Shown: positions 31,037 to 40,526, counted from the first letter of the stretch. The stretch: 64,000 nucleotides of DNA from a virus (IMGVR_UViG_3300049830_000142:70589-134588), one strand, 5' to 3'. Numbers and translations are program-made. The notes: generated by a model from the letters alone, not told the origin.

Positions 31037-31060
31037 CTCCTGACTTAGCTCAGGCATAAT
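31033..31060 (+). promoter_or_regulatory. Sigma70-type promoter, leaderless, palindromic spacer
   Basis: TTGACT-16-CATAAT, ATG 6 nt later; spacer cctga-cttagc-tcagg. Confidence 0.65.
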
Positions 31061-31066
31061 TGCTAC

Positions 31067-31306
31067 ATGGAAAAATATTTGACTACCGTACCAGATAGTA
31101 CTCAGATGACCCCTGAGATCTTCATTAACTTAATGAGGAAGTTCAAGCATCACAGAAATGTCAGCTATGGCTTTAGCAAGAAACATACTGCTGATATCCA
31201 GGAGTATAGAAGGAAGCAAGGACTCTCAAAGAATGAGAGTTCTATACCTGGCAATCTCTACAATTTGCCTGTAGTTTGGAACACTGACGTAACTTATGTT
31301 AAGTAA
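31067..31306 (+). CDS. Hypothetical protein
   Basis: 79 aa with own promoter; last + strand gene before strand switch. Confidence 0.55.
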   Translation: MEKYLTTVPDSTQMTPEIFINLMRKFKHHRNVSYGFSKKHTADIQEYRRKQGLSKNESSIPGNLYNLPVVWNTDVTYVK

Positions 31307-31563
31307 TAGTTCTGTCTTCTACGAATCGCCGCAAGCCCCTTGAAATTAACAATGGTGGTATGCGGCGGTTTATTTGCGCTTTGAATTCGGCTGTAACAGT
31401 TCACGGACTTCACAGAATGCCTTTGAGCGGAGTTAGGGCTTTTCCACAGCGGTTGACCAGCCAGACATAGTCCAGTGTAACCTGGTAGAACATTAGTCGT
31501 AGAAGGACTAATAGAATCTGGCGCTCCTAGTTCAACTTGTCCGAAGGGTTGGTTACCAAACAT
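31294..31563 (-). CDS. Hypothetical protein
   Basis: MFGNQPFG start resembling phage fibre-associated N-termini. Confidence 0.4.
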   Translation of the reverse strand: MFGNQPFGQVELGAPDSISPSTTNVLPGYTGLCLAGQPLWKSPNSAQRHSVKSVNCYSRIQSANKPPHTTIVNFKGLAAIRRRQNYYLT

Positions 31564-31608
31564 AGATTAAGGTGATTATCCCTCATGACACGTAGTCGAA
31601 AGGATTTG

Positions 31609-32028
31609 TTATTTTGAATATTCGGGTTTGGTTTTATTTACGAAAATGTCCTCGAAGTCTTTGGAACTGATATCTTTAAGGTATTCACCTTGATAGCCCG
31701 AACAAGTGCTAATCATAGCTACACCAGCATTGCGTAATTTATCCTCTGGATGCCAAACCGCTGCCATGTCCAAATAAACACCAAGGAAGTTTGTTCCGCT
31801 ACGTCTGGCGAGTGCGCTGACCCAGTTTGTGTCAACTCTGTTATCACAGTCCTTGTAAATAATTATAGGCGTTGGGGCGACTACTGATTTCGTTAAGCAT
31901 TCTTCCACCTCAACATTCTGGTGCTGACGCCATACCACCGCGAGCGGATGTCCTATTAGCGATTTGAACGCCGAGCATCCGGTCAACGAAGAAACCAATA
32001 AGGCCAGTGTGATAATTTTAGTTTTCAT
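31609..32028 (-). CDS. Putative lipoprotein
   Basis: MKTK + hydrophobic stretch + LTGC lipobox. Confidence 0.6.
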   Translation of the reverse strand: MKTKIITLALLVSSLTGCSAFKSLIGHPLAVVWRQHQNVEVEECLTKSVVAPTPIIIYKDCDNRVDTNWVSALARRSGTNFLGVYLDMAAVWHPEDKLRNAGVAMISTCSGYQGEYLKDISSKDFEDIFVNKTKPEYSK

Positions 32029-32062
32029 ATTTGTTATGTGTCGTCATAGGTGCCAAGTTTTA

Positions 32063-34489
32063 TTAAGCTGGTATAAACTGAACAAATCCTTCACTTGCTG
32101 TGATTTGATTTGATGCGCCACCAGCTCCTCCTGCTTGACCAGTAATCTTTAAGATTTGGGCGTTAGTTAATGTAAGACTTGTAATTTTTGTATACTTAGA
32201 CGATGCCATTAAAGTAGCAAAGCTAGTCGTAAGTACAGCGCTACAACGAACGATAGTACTACTTTCACGAATACAAGTTACGTCAATGTTCCAGTAAGTA
32301 GTACCAGTACCTACTCCAAGTGCACCTGAACTAAATATATTTGTGCCACCAAAATATGCTTTTAGAGTTTGGTTAGAAGTAGCTCCACCAGCAAATGTTC
32401 CACCATACTGTGCAACTAGCTTATCACCATTGTTTAATAATTGATTAGCTGCAACACTATCACTATAAAGATCTGTTTCAGTAGTGGAAGTATTATTTAC
32501 ATCTGCATAGTGGTTGAACAACGTTTTAGTTATATTCGCTGTTAAAACATTCGCAGTAGTAAGAATAGTGCCTGTTGACCCATCCTGTGTTAATGCGATG
32601 TTAGTTCCATTAGATCTAAAATGACCATTAGTAGAAGCACCAGAATAAGTTTCAGAACTTTCTAACCAAAGTTGAGGAGCATCAGCAGTAGCAGGGCGAA
32701 TCTGACACCAAGCTGGTAGTTTGATATCAATAGTATGCTCAGATTCAGGGTTATTACCAATACCAACGTGACCATAACCGTCTAGTACTAAGTTATGATT
32801 AAAATTTCCAGACGCATTTGAATAACTACTTGCACGCTTAGTTAAAAGCTCAAACTTAGAACCATATACACCGCCTGCGCCGAATACTGTACAGACGCCA
32901 ACTGCATATCTATTATCGCCGCCTATTGATGATGAGCATAGATTCCAAGCGTAGGAGTATAAGCCAGCGCCACCTGTGTTATCTGATGTAGTTGGAACAT
33001 AGGCGTTGGTTGGTTCAGCAAAATGTCTAGGAGGGCTAAAGTCTTGTGTGCTTGTATGAGTATATTCTTGAGACCACAGCGTATTTGTACCATTTGTATT
33101 TTTAAGATACACTGAGCTAGAGTTTGGGTTAGCTGGGTTTATAATCAAACCAGTCAACGATAGTGGTGATGTCACTCCACCACCTGTAGTGTATAACGTA
33201 GCGATTTGAGTTGGACTTAGCGCAAAATCCCAAATAGTTAATTCATCGAAGTTACCAGTGTAAGCTCCAGTATTGTCAGCGCGCGTACCTACAAATAGTG
33301 TAGAACTTGCTGTGCTTAATGATACTGTAGTACTGGCGACGGCAACCCCATCAATATACAAAATGAGAGTAGTGCCATCATAAGTACCAGTAACCATGTG
33401 TAAGTTCCCATCGACTGGATTAAACCCATTACCAGTATCCCATATTACTTGAGTACCCAATACGTGTAACCAGATTGAATGTACACTGTCATCGTTGAGT
33501 AAAAACTCAAAAACATTGCCAGGACTACTATAATCGCCATAACTTAAAAGGCCAATACCGTCTAAACCAATAGCCGCAGAACTAAACCAAAAATTAATAG
33601 TTCTTGCTGTAGCCTCTAATGGAATATCTGATACAGTTGCAGTAAGTTGTCCTGAAGTATTTACCTCTATGAAACCACTATCTCCAGCTCCGTTGCTACT
33701 TGAATAGCTTGGGCTATTTGCTGAGCTAAAGTTGGCGGTGCCAATGCTGTCATCAAGGCTATTGTCAAAATGATAAGCATGTATAGCATCTCTTGATACT
33801 TTGGTGCCGGAGCTGCCAGATAATGATACGGCAACACCATTATGCTTTAATGAACCAGTAAAATTAAGATCCCCGTTTACATCTAACAAATACTTAGGGC
33901 TACTTTGACCTACGCCTACTTTACCGTTAGATTCACTTAGCACACTAAATACAGTACCGAAGTTAACAGGTGAGCCGTTGTTGTTTAATGTACCTGTATA
34001 ATTGATATCGCCTGCTACGTCTAATGTATAATCTGGTGAGGTATTATTAATACCAACTTTCTGATCAGCAATAGTATCTGAAATATCTGGTGTTATACCA
34101 GTTGAATTACTAGTAACAACTGCGGATAATGTAAATGAGTTAGCACAAATGTCATTAGTTAACCAACAATATAAATACTGACCTGATAAAGACAGGTTTA
34201 TAGGTGGCAGCGAAACACTAAAGGTATTTGTCGCATTAGCATTACCATGTACATTGAATACAAAAATACCACTTGCTTCCAATCCTACGGTAGTAGGTGT
34301 TGATCCTAAATCAGTATTACTTACTAGATAATGTAACGTAAGCTCAGCACCTTGAGTTGGAGGTCTAGAACCATTTACTAGAGTAAAGTCTATGGTAAAA
34401 TTACTCCAATTACCAGTCACTTGAACAGCTGTTGAATCTGTTGCATAAGAAGGACCTACAGTTTTATTACTAAAAATTGTTTGACTCAT
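32063..34489 (-). CDS. Tail fibre/adhesin with LamG (concanavalin-A-like) domain
   Basis: VGI....P.Y.LDV.GD repeats; YHFD..L.D..G, W..VTGTYDG....LYIDG, DELTIWD.ALS LamG motifs. Confidence 0.8.
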   Translation of the reverse strand: MSQTIFSNKTVGPSYATDSTAVQVTGNWSNFTIDFTLVNGSRPPTQGAELTLHYLVSNTDLGSTPTTVGLEASGIFVFNVHGNANATNTFSVSLPPINLSLSGQYLYCWLTNDICANSFTLSAVVTSNSTGITPDISDTIADQKVGINNTSPDYTLDVAGDINYTGTLNNNGSPVNFGTVFSVLSESNGKVGVGQSSPKYLLDVNGDLNFTGSLKHNGVAVSLSGSSGTKVSRDAIHAYHFDNSLDDSIGTANFSSANSPSYSSSNGAGDSGFIEVNTSGQLTATVSDIPLEATARTINFWFSSAAIGLDGIGLLSYGDYSSPGNVFEFLLNDDSVHSIWLHVLGTQVIWDTGNGFNPVDGNLHMVTGTYDGTTLILYIDGVAVASTTVSLSTASSTLFVGTRADNTGAYTGNFDELTIWDFALSPTQIATLYTTGGGVTSPLSLTGLIINPANPNSSSVYLKNTNGTNTLWSQEYTHTSTQDFSPPRHFAEPTNAYVPTTSDNTGGAGLYSYAWNLCSSSIGGDNRYAVGVCTVFGAGGVYGSKFELLTKRASSYSNASGNFNHNLVLDGYGHVGIGNNPESEHTIDIKLPAWCQIRPATADAPQLWLESSETYSGASTNGHFRSNGTNIALTQDGSTGTILTTANVLTANITKTLFNHYADVNNTSTTETDLYSDSVAANQLLNNGDKLVAQYGGTFAGGATSNQTLKAYFGGTNIFSSGALGVGTGTTYWNIDVTCIRESSTIVRCSAVLTTSFATLMASSKYTKITSLTLTNAQILKITGQAGGAGGASNQITASEGFVQFIPA

Positions 34490-34513
34490 ATTATTAATTA
34501 TTACACTTTCTTA

Positions 34514-36295
34514 TTAAATTCTGATGTAACCACCTGAAGTATTAAACGCTTGATAAGAGATCGTTTGTCCTGCAGTCATGGAGGTTACTGATGAATCAGC
34601 AAATGAACCACCAGTAACAGAAAGAGTGGTTACTATTGATTTTGAATGAATCCTGAGTATCTGTCCCATCACAGTTGTTGTAGGTAATGCAATGGTTACA
34701 GAAGAAATTGTTGAGCTGCTAGACAAGTAAATTGTCTCGGTCAAATAAGCTGTAGAAGCTGTAACAGTACCACTCGTAGCTGTTGATACAGTTAAATGCG
34801 GCTGTAGTACTAGACCATTTACTTTGAAGCTAGTTGACGTGTTGATGTCACCTACAACATCTAGTACATAAGCTGGTGTTGATGTAAGTATACCGAACTT
34901 AGTACTACCTATTCCGTTTACGTAGACAACATCATTAAATGGATCAACAACTAGTACAGTATCATCGTTATTGTTGTTATAATCTCCTAATGTAACTTTA
35001 CCATCCAATATTGATTCACCAATTGCATGCAGAGTTGCTAGGGGATACACATTTATACCTACATTACCATTTAACAATTGAATAGTGCCTGCAGCAACAG
35101 CACCATTTTCAGCACCAGCAGAAATGATTACATTACCTGAAGTAAATGTACTGTTAGGTCCGGCGGCGCTAGCTGTACCGGCCGTAATGTTAATGCTACC
35201 GCCAGTGTAGTTATGTTGATGACCTGATACACTTCCAGCACCACCGTTAGCTGCTACGATACTGATATCTCTACCTGTGTACGGTGCGGTAGTAGGCGTA
35301 CTTGAGTTTATGATGACATCACCAGTGCTATTTCCGATGATACCATTTACATCAAGAGTATAAGCTGGAGTTGTTGTGTATACACCAATCCTATGGTTAG
35401 TGTTGTCATCGGTGATGTCAGGAAAAGTAGGAACAGCTGTACCACTCTTTCTTAGAGTACCAGTAAAGTTTAAGTCACCAGCAACATCTAATGTATAGGC
35501 AGGTGTTGACGTAAGAATACCAATTCTATGGTTAGTCGCGTCATCAGTGATATCACTGTAAGTTGGTGGAGTAGCTGTAGATACTGCGGTAACCAATCCC
35601 TTAGCGTTGACCGTGACAACAGGAATGTGAGTAGTGTCACCAAATGAACCTACGTTAGAATTGACTGTAGCAAGTGTTGTAGCACCTGATCCTGCGCTAG
35701 CTGTAACGTCGCCAGTCAAAGCTCCGATAGATACGCTAGAGGCAGCAGTAACCAAACCCTTAGCATTTACTGTAACTGCTGCGACATGCCTAGAGTCGCC
35801 AAATGAACCTACGTTAGAATTGACCGTAGCTAATGTAACGTTGTTTGATCCTGCAGAAGATGAAACGTCACCACCTAAAGCTGGTAAGTGAGTGCTACCA
35901 AGAATACCTGTAGTAATGACTGCAGCATCTAAGTTAGCTATGCTAGACTGTACCGTGTTAACTGCGTCTTCAATGTCTTTCAAACACTTGGCAGTAATGA
36001 CTAAACTTACATTGTCGCCTACAATGATAGACCTGACAGTGCTGTTTTCAGCCCCACGAACAATAGTCATGGTATCCGTAGACAACGCAGTAACCGTCAC
36101 GACTTCAGAATTAAGCTGGTTCGGGAACGTATTGTTAGGGTACACGATTACGCTATAGTTATGCGTTGACGGTGATGGAAATGATGCTCCAGAACCAGAG
36201 GCCAGCACTAATGTCGTGCCGGAGGTTGCTGGTGATGGTGCTGTCAAAACAGTTGATGTCACCAAGTTCTTGTGTGGGGCAAATAAAATAGGCAT
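34514..36295 (-). CDS. Tail fibre protein with internal repeats
   Basis: E.V.V......TIVRG N-terminus; 53-aa repeat; IG..T.TPAYTLDV repeats. Confidence 0.8.
   Translation of the reverse strand: MPILFAPHKNLVTSTVLTAPSPATSGTTLVLASGSGASFPSPSTHNYSVIVYPNNTFPNQLNSEVVTVTALSTDTMTIVRGAENSTVRSIIVGDNVSLVITAKCLKDIEDAVNTVQSSIANLDAAVITTGILGSTHLPALGGDVSSSAGSNNVTLATVNSNVGSFGDSRHVAAVTVNAKGLVTAASSVSIGALTGDVTASAGSGATTLATVNSNVGSFGDTTHIPVVTVNAKGLVTAVSTATPPTYSDITDDATNHRIGILTSTPAYTLDVAGDLNFTGTLRKSGTAVPTFPDITDDNTNHRIGVYTTTPAYTLDVNGIIGNSTGDVIINSSTPTTAPYTGRDISIVAANGGAGSVSGHQHNYTGGSINITAGTASAAGPNSTFTSGNVIISAGAENGAVAAGTIQLLNGNVGINVYPLATLHAIGESILDGKVTLGDYNNNNDDTVLVVDPFNDVVYVNGIGSTKFGILTSTPAYVLDVVGDINTSTSFKVNGLVLQPHLTVSTATSGTVTASTAYLTETIYLSSSSTISSVTIALPTTTVMGQILRIHSKSIVTTLSVTGGSFADSSVTSMTAGQTISYQAFNTSGGYIRI
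35591..35830. repeat. 159-bp-period direct repeat within fibre gene
   Basis: ccaaatgaacctacgttagaattgac at 35640-35665 and 35799-35824 (ATVNSNVGSFGD..H...VTVNAKGLVTA twice). Confidence 0.9.
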
Positions 36296-36296
36296 A

Positions 36297-36683
36297 TTAC
36301 TTAATTACGATTGAATGAGATACATCCGCACCTTGTGAAGTCTTTGCAGTGTAACCCAAAATATATTTAACGGTCGTTGCTCTGTTGTCTTCTTCGATAT
36401 TGATTACTACTCTACGATAATGTAGTAGTTTTACATCCTTCAAATCTTCTGTTGTCAAATAGAAAGTTGGGCCACCATTGACTGAGAACCCACCGTCTGA
36501 CATATCAAGCATCCATGAATTAATTCCATCACTAAGGAGGAAGTAGTTGACATCATTGACTTTAACATCAGAATAGCAACTTTTGTCGTTATTTACCACT
36601 GATATATCATCAGGGTTTTGATCATAGTGCGTACCGTCTTTGTAAATAACTCGATACAAATACTTTAGCTTATATTTCGTCAT
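36297..36683 (-). CDS. Hypothetical protein
   Basis: Probable start ATG 36683 (MTKYKLKY) overlapping end of upstream gene. Confidence 0.6.
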   Translation of the reverse strand: MTKYKLKYLYRVIYKDGTHYDQNPDDISVVNNDKSCYSDVKVNDVNYFLLSDGINSWMLDMSDGGFSVNGGPTFYLTTEDLKDVKLLHYRRVVINIEEDNRATTVKYILGYTAKTSQGADVSHSIVIK

Positions 36684-37221
36684 AGGAAATTTGAAGTGAT
36701 ACGTTCGACAAATCACCTGTTTGTGCATTTGCAGCTACTTGTAATTGTGTGACTAAATATGAACTGTAAATTGGTTGGCCAGTATTTGAAGCTGATGTGC
36801 CCTTACCATCGTAACCTGCCCCATCTTGACCGGAGGGTGCGTTACCAACCATTAGCTGGACGGAGGCCCCGAGTGAAGTCAAATCAGTTGTAGCAACGCC
36901 TGACGTCGTTCTAACTGGTTTGGTATAAACTACGCGCTGAGAGCTATCGGCTATAGTTGGGCTAGCATAAAGTTTGATACCTTGACCAAAAGTACCACCA
37001 CTATGAGTTACATTCACATTTGCTATAGTTGTGAATGAACCTGAAAACTTTAAGTAGTTGTAGACTGTGTAGCTGTTTGTGCCTAAGCCCAAGACAGCAC
37101 GATACAAGTCATAAGGAGTAAGTACATCATCTACTGCTTTCCAAGCAATAGCTGGTACATTCTCCATGACATTACCAGGAACATTCCCGGTTCGCTGACA
37201 AAGTGTTACAGTGGCTGGCAT
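36670..37221 (-). CDS. Putative virion beta-sandwich protein
   Basis: 183 aa; NSY..Y..LKF; ends S.YL.TQLQV....GD......SYDEI. Confidence 0.5.
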   Translation of the reverse strand: MPATVTLCQRTGNVPGNVMENVPAIAWKAVDDVLTPYDLYRAVLGLGTNSYTVYNYLKFSGSFTTIANVNVTHSGGTFGQGIKLYASPTIADSSQRVVYTKPVRTTSGVATTDLTSLGASVQLMVGNAPSGQDGAGYDGKGTSASNTGQPIYSSYLVTQLQVAANAQTGDLSNVSLQISYDEI

Positions 37222-37227
37222 ATAACT

Positions 37228-37256
37228 ATACTAACGAGAACGCTATGTAAACTCAA
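37228..37256 (-). promoter_or_regulatory. Sigma70-type promoter, leaderless
   Basis: TTGAGT-17-TAGTAT, ATG 6 nt later. Confidence 0.65.
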
Positions 37257-37270
37257 GATAATTGATAGCT

Positions 37271-37302
37271 AAAAAAAGGAATTGGAGGAGCTTTCGCCCC
37301 TC
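37271..37302 (-). terminator. Rho-independent terminator
   Basis: GAGGGGC-GAAA-GCTCCTC then T7 on minus strand. Confidence 0.8.
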
Positions 37303-37309
37303 TAAACCT

Positions 37310-37654
37310 TTAATCCTTAGGATCATAGCACCGACAAGTCAACAAGTCTGCTTTGTTCTTCATGACCTTCACTTCTTTGTGGCAATGAGGGCACATAAAA
37401 GGCTTCTCATTTTTAGTAGGTAATGATTTGCAGCACTTCTTGTATTTCTTGCCACTCTTACAGTAGCAAGGTTCATTCGGTCCTATTTCCTTAACTCGCC
37501 TAATTGAACCATTCTTCATAATCAGAGTCGTACCACGTGAATCAAGATTCATAGACTTGATGTCCTTATGAACTCCACGTGCCACTTCTAAGAGTAGAGC
37601 GGCTAGTACTGGGTCTGTTTCTTCCAATGGCTTAGGGTTAGGCTCCCAGCTCAC
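37310..37654 (-). CDS. SEC-C motif protein
   Basis: IGPNEPCYCKSGKKYKKCC. Confidence 0.85.
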   Translation of the reverse strand: MSWEPNPKPLEETDPVLAALLLEVARGVHKDIKSMNLDSRGTTLIMKNGSIRRVKEIGPNEPCYCKSGKKYKKCCKSLPTKNEKPFMCPHCHKEVKVMKNKADLLTCRCYDPKD

Positions 37655-37833
37655 AGTTCGTTGCCTTTCATATCAACCCTTTTATAACGGAGGTTACTGC
37701 GGTTGAGTGCGTAAGCATAGTTTAGCTGTGTCGCGTCTACAACAGACATAATTGAAGGTTTGCCTGTCTTCTTGTTGGTTACGGTGTCTGTCAGGACATA
37801 GCGTACTTCACGTTTTGGTTCTGCTGCGTTCAT
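37651..37833 (-). CDS. Hypothetical protein
   Basis: 60 aa, ATGA-coupled. Confidence 0.5.
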   Translation of the reverse strand: MNAAEPKREVRYVLTDTVTNKKTGKPSIMSVVDATQLNYAYALNRSNLRYKRVDMKGNEL

Positions 37834-38200
37834 ATGATTCGATATAACTTTTCATGTTTTGAGCACCTACTGGATTCATAGTATGGAGGTAGTACTCAGG
37901 AAAAGCAGCGTCGTGAGTAATACAATACTCAACTAGCCACTTAACGCAATCCATACCAGTTTTGTCTTCAAAGGAATCGTAGTCTATTTCCTTACCGTCT
38001 ATCAAGCTTTGCTTGATGGCTTGATCGTAATGTTCTGCTGCCAAGTCGTGGTCAAAGGCTATTCTGATCGGCAGGCCTTGGGCAGTTATCATCGCTACAA
38101 ATTGGTCGTAGTTTCTCGCTATCTTCCACTCGACTAACGGCAGTACGACCCAAGTTATCTTGCTCGGGATTCGTACGTCGTCTAAAAAAAGGTTGTACAT
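37808..38200 (-). CDS. Cyclic-phosphate-processing receiver-domain protein
   Basis: LFLDDVR.P, I.FDHDL, G.D...W, H..NP.G..NM; start trimmed to MYNLFLDD. Confidence 0.75.
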   Translation of the reverse strand: MYNLFLDDVRIPSKITWVVLPLVEWKIARNYDQFVAMITAQGLPIRIAFDHDLAAEHYDQAIKQSLIDGKEIDYDSFEDKTGMDCVKWLVEYCITHDAAFPEYYLHTMNPVGAQNMKSYIESYERSRTKT

Positions 38201-38291
38201 AAGGACAATTAAGGCAGCCATTGTTACAACAGCTGCCTCGTTTAAGTAGGAATTCCCTTGTAAGCGGTTTACTTTGGCTGGCGTTTTGCAC
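38052..38291 (-). CDS. DUF5522-like Cys-rich protein
   Basis: LTREFLLKRGSCCNNGCLNCPY; GTG start; overlaps neighbours. Confidence 0.5.
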   Translation of the reverse strand: MQNASQSKPLTREFLLKRGSCCNNGCLNCPYVQPFFRRRTNPEQDNLGRTAVSRVEDSEKLRPICSDDNCPRPADQNSL

Positions 38292-39255
38292 GTTTAAGGG
38301 TTGGATTTGGTACAGGGCTATGAACTAACATAGCGCGGTAACGAAGATCAATGATCTTATCTAGGATAGGTTTTCCTGGTCCTGTGATATAAGCATGCCA
38401 TATTTGAGTCATGGCATCTTGTGTTTTCTTTGAAGCATCATCAATGGCAAACCCTTGCCCTAAGTCAGCTTCAAGTCTGAGATACTTGTCTCCTAAATTA
38501 CGACTAGCTAAATAAGTGCTGTTCGTTTCACCACCAGCAAATACGATAGTGATAGTTCGAATAGCAGCCATTAGTACGCATGGATTAAGCATACCGGTAG
38601 GACTAATAGTCCACTTAGTATTGCCTGAACCGATGCTTAGCATATAGGCCAGGGCTTTTTCTTCCAAAGTCAACTCAGAGTATAGCAAGATATCTGGAGC
38701 ATTATCGCCTATATTGCCTCCATCAATCAAAACCATACCCTTGTATTGATAACCTGGGAAATAGGTTTGAGCAGCGGAACTAGCTCTACAAACCTGCCAT
38801 AACTTAATTGGGTCGTCGTAGCCTATAGTCACGGTGCCATCACCTGATACACTAGACTTCTCATAACTTTTGAACAGGACATTTCGCCCAGTAACAGTAT
38901 CGAATGCAGTCGATAAAAATTTGGTTTTGCAATCTGCCAACGTCTTGTCCCCTAACATTTTTTGTAGAGAGAGTTCAAGATTAGTAGTGCTATACTTAGA
39001 GCCCCACAATTGACTGATCGTATTCAAGATACTGCCTGAGAAAATATTCCCGGCGTCTTGAGTAAAGAAATTGAGCACTTCGCTAGCTGGAACACCAGTA
39101 GCCAAGCCTGCACCAATAATACTACCAACGGATGTGCCTGCGATATAGGTAAAGAGATCGCCACTTTTAGTTTTGATACGACGTTCTAGCTCGGCCAGAG
39201 CAACTGTCTGGCCGAGCCCTAGCATACCTCCGCCTTGGAGCGCTAGTGTAATCAT
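38269..39255 (-). CDS. Patatin-like phospholipase
   Basis: GGGMLG, GTSVG, IDGG motifs; RASSAA.TYF. Confidence 0.92.
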   Translation of the reverse strand: MITLALQGGGMLGLGQTVALAELERRIKTKSGDLFTYIAGTSVGSIIGAGLATGVPASEVLNFFTQDAGNIFSGSILNTISQLWGSKYSTTNLELSLQKMLGDKTLADCKTKFLSTAFDTVTGRNVLFKSYEKSSVSGDGTVTIGYDDPIKLWQVCRASSAAQTYFPGYQYKGMVLIDGGNIGDNAPDILLYSELTLEEKALAYMLSIGSGNTKWTISPTGMLNPCVLMAAIRTITIVFAGGETNSTYLASRNLGDKYLRLEADLGQGFAIDDASKKTQDAMTQIWHAYITGPGKPILDKIIDLRYRAMLVHSPVPNPTLKRAKRQPK

Positions 39256-39256
39256 A

Positions 39257-39745
39257 TTATTTGTTAAGCTTCAAGAACTTAACAGAGCGAACTTGATTAG
39301 TGGACGCTTTAGCTGCTGGTGTTGTTGCAGCCAAACCTGCTTGAATACCGCTATCCAACGCTACGACATATGGTCGAATGTTAGTAAGGTTGGTATTCTG
39401 CTCAGTGTAACTCTGGATAATGGTCAATGAGTCAGCCAATCCTAGTGCGATTAGTGCTGCATATTGATCGTTAGCTTCGATTGCATTGATAGCTTGAGAC
39501 ACTTCAGCAAAGCTCACAGTGTTACTCGTGACCAATGCTTGCAGAGTTTTGTCCGTCAATACAAAGTAAGGACGTGTCTCAGGATACGTAGAAATCGCAT
39601 ACTGAGTACCGATAGCTGAGGCTGTTTCTACAACAGCAGTGGCTACGGCAGGATTTACAGGATTATTACCACCAGTAGTGGCGCAGCCTGTTGCAATTAA
39701 GCTAATAAGGCCTGCTAAGCAGAACCATTTGATTGATTTATTCAT
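39257..39745 (-). CDS. Lipoprotein
   Basis: Signal + ATGC lipobox; Ala-rich helical body. Confidence 0.7.
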   Translation of the reverse strand: MNKSIKWFCLAGLISLIATGCATTGGNNPVNPAVATAVVETASAIGTQYAISTYPETRPYFVLTDKTLQALVTSNTVSFAEVSQAINAIEANDQYAALIALGLADSLTIIQSYTEQNTNLTNIRPYVVALDSGIQAGLAATTPAAKASTNQVRSVKFLKLNK

Positions 39746-39758
39746 GTGTGTTATGTGG

Positions 39759-40358
39759 TTAATAGGTGAAGCCTGTCTCTACATATAGTGCTGGGTCATT
39801 ATTGAAAGGCCCTTTAGAATACCAGGGCAATGACAAACCAGTCGAAACAAATGTATTTTGAGTAAGCTTCTTCTTTAGGAAAATACACGGCTCAACCACG
39901 AAGGAATCTTGATTCCAATCCCAACCGGATCTAACCTGTATTTCTAGTTTAGTGTCGTAGAACACAACCGCGCCAACCCCGAGGCTAGCTTCAAGTGCAT
40001 TTAGGGGTGACCCTACACCTGAAAATTGTGCTGCTCCGCCTAAACTAAATCTTGGTGTGATGTTGTACTGTCCATCTAGTGTCATTGAACTACCTACAGT
40101 CGTTACTTTCTTGTAACCAGTGGCCAGTTCAAACTTAGTGAGCGACCAATTGTAGTTAGTGTTGACCGCCGTAAAATACGACTTAGCACTGTCAAAGAAC
40201 ATTACCTTGTCTTTGTGTGGTGCTACTGCCTTAAGTTTGCCATGTTCAACAGTCAATGGCTGTGGCGCTGGGGGCTGCACAGACCATATACTGTTGGTTT
40301 GTGCAAAACTGGAGAGCATTAAGAGGCTGACGGCTAATGTAGTCAAAAACTTCTTCAT
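39759..40358 (-). CDS. Putative outer-membrane beta-barrel protein
   Basis: Sec signal (..SSFA/QTN), alternating beta strands, terminal YVETGFTY. Confidence 0.65.
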   Translation of the reverse strand: MKKFLTTLAVSLLMLSSFAQTNSIWSVQPPAPQPLTVEHGKLKAVAPHKDKVMFFDSAKSYFTAVNTNYNWSLTKFELATGYKKVTTVGSSMTLDGQYNITPRFSLGGAAQFSGVGSPLNALEASLGVGAVVFYDTKLEIQVRSGWDWNQDSFVVEPCIFLKKKLTQNTFVSTGLSLPWYSKGPFNNDPALYVETGFTY

Positions 40359-40364
40359 GCCCTT

Positions 40365-40393
40365 ATTATAGCTTACTTGTGGATTTAGTAGAA
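40365..40393 (-). promoter_or_regulatory. Sigma70-type promoter, leaderless
   Basis: TTCTAC-17-TATAAT, ATG 6 nt later. Confidence 0.6.
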
Positions 40394-40452
40394 GCCTTTT
40401 TCTTCCTAAGTTTATCCAGCCTTTTTTTGCCTAATGGTGACAACGGTATCAT

Positions 40453-40505
40453 ACTAGCCAGCTGCTCCAAAGCCTCTAATTCAGAGGCAGGAGCAGCTGG
40501 CTAGT
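40453..40505. repeat. Long inverted repeat (16-bp + 6-bp stems)
   Basis: actagccagctgctcc-aaa-gcctct-aattc-agaggc-a-ggagcagctggctagt. Confidence 0.9.
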
Positions 40506-40526
40506 CTACCTGCTAATGTTGGCTAC

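Noticed and set aside
32063-36295. Invertible tail-fibre cassette
   Set aside because: No invertase and no flanking inverted recombination sites seen; internal repeats are direct
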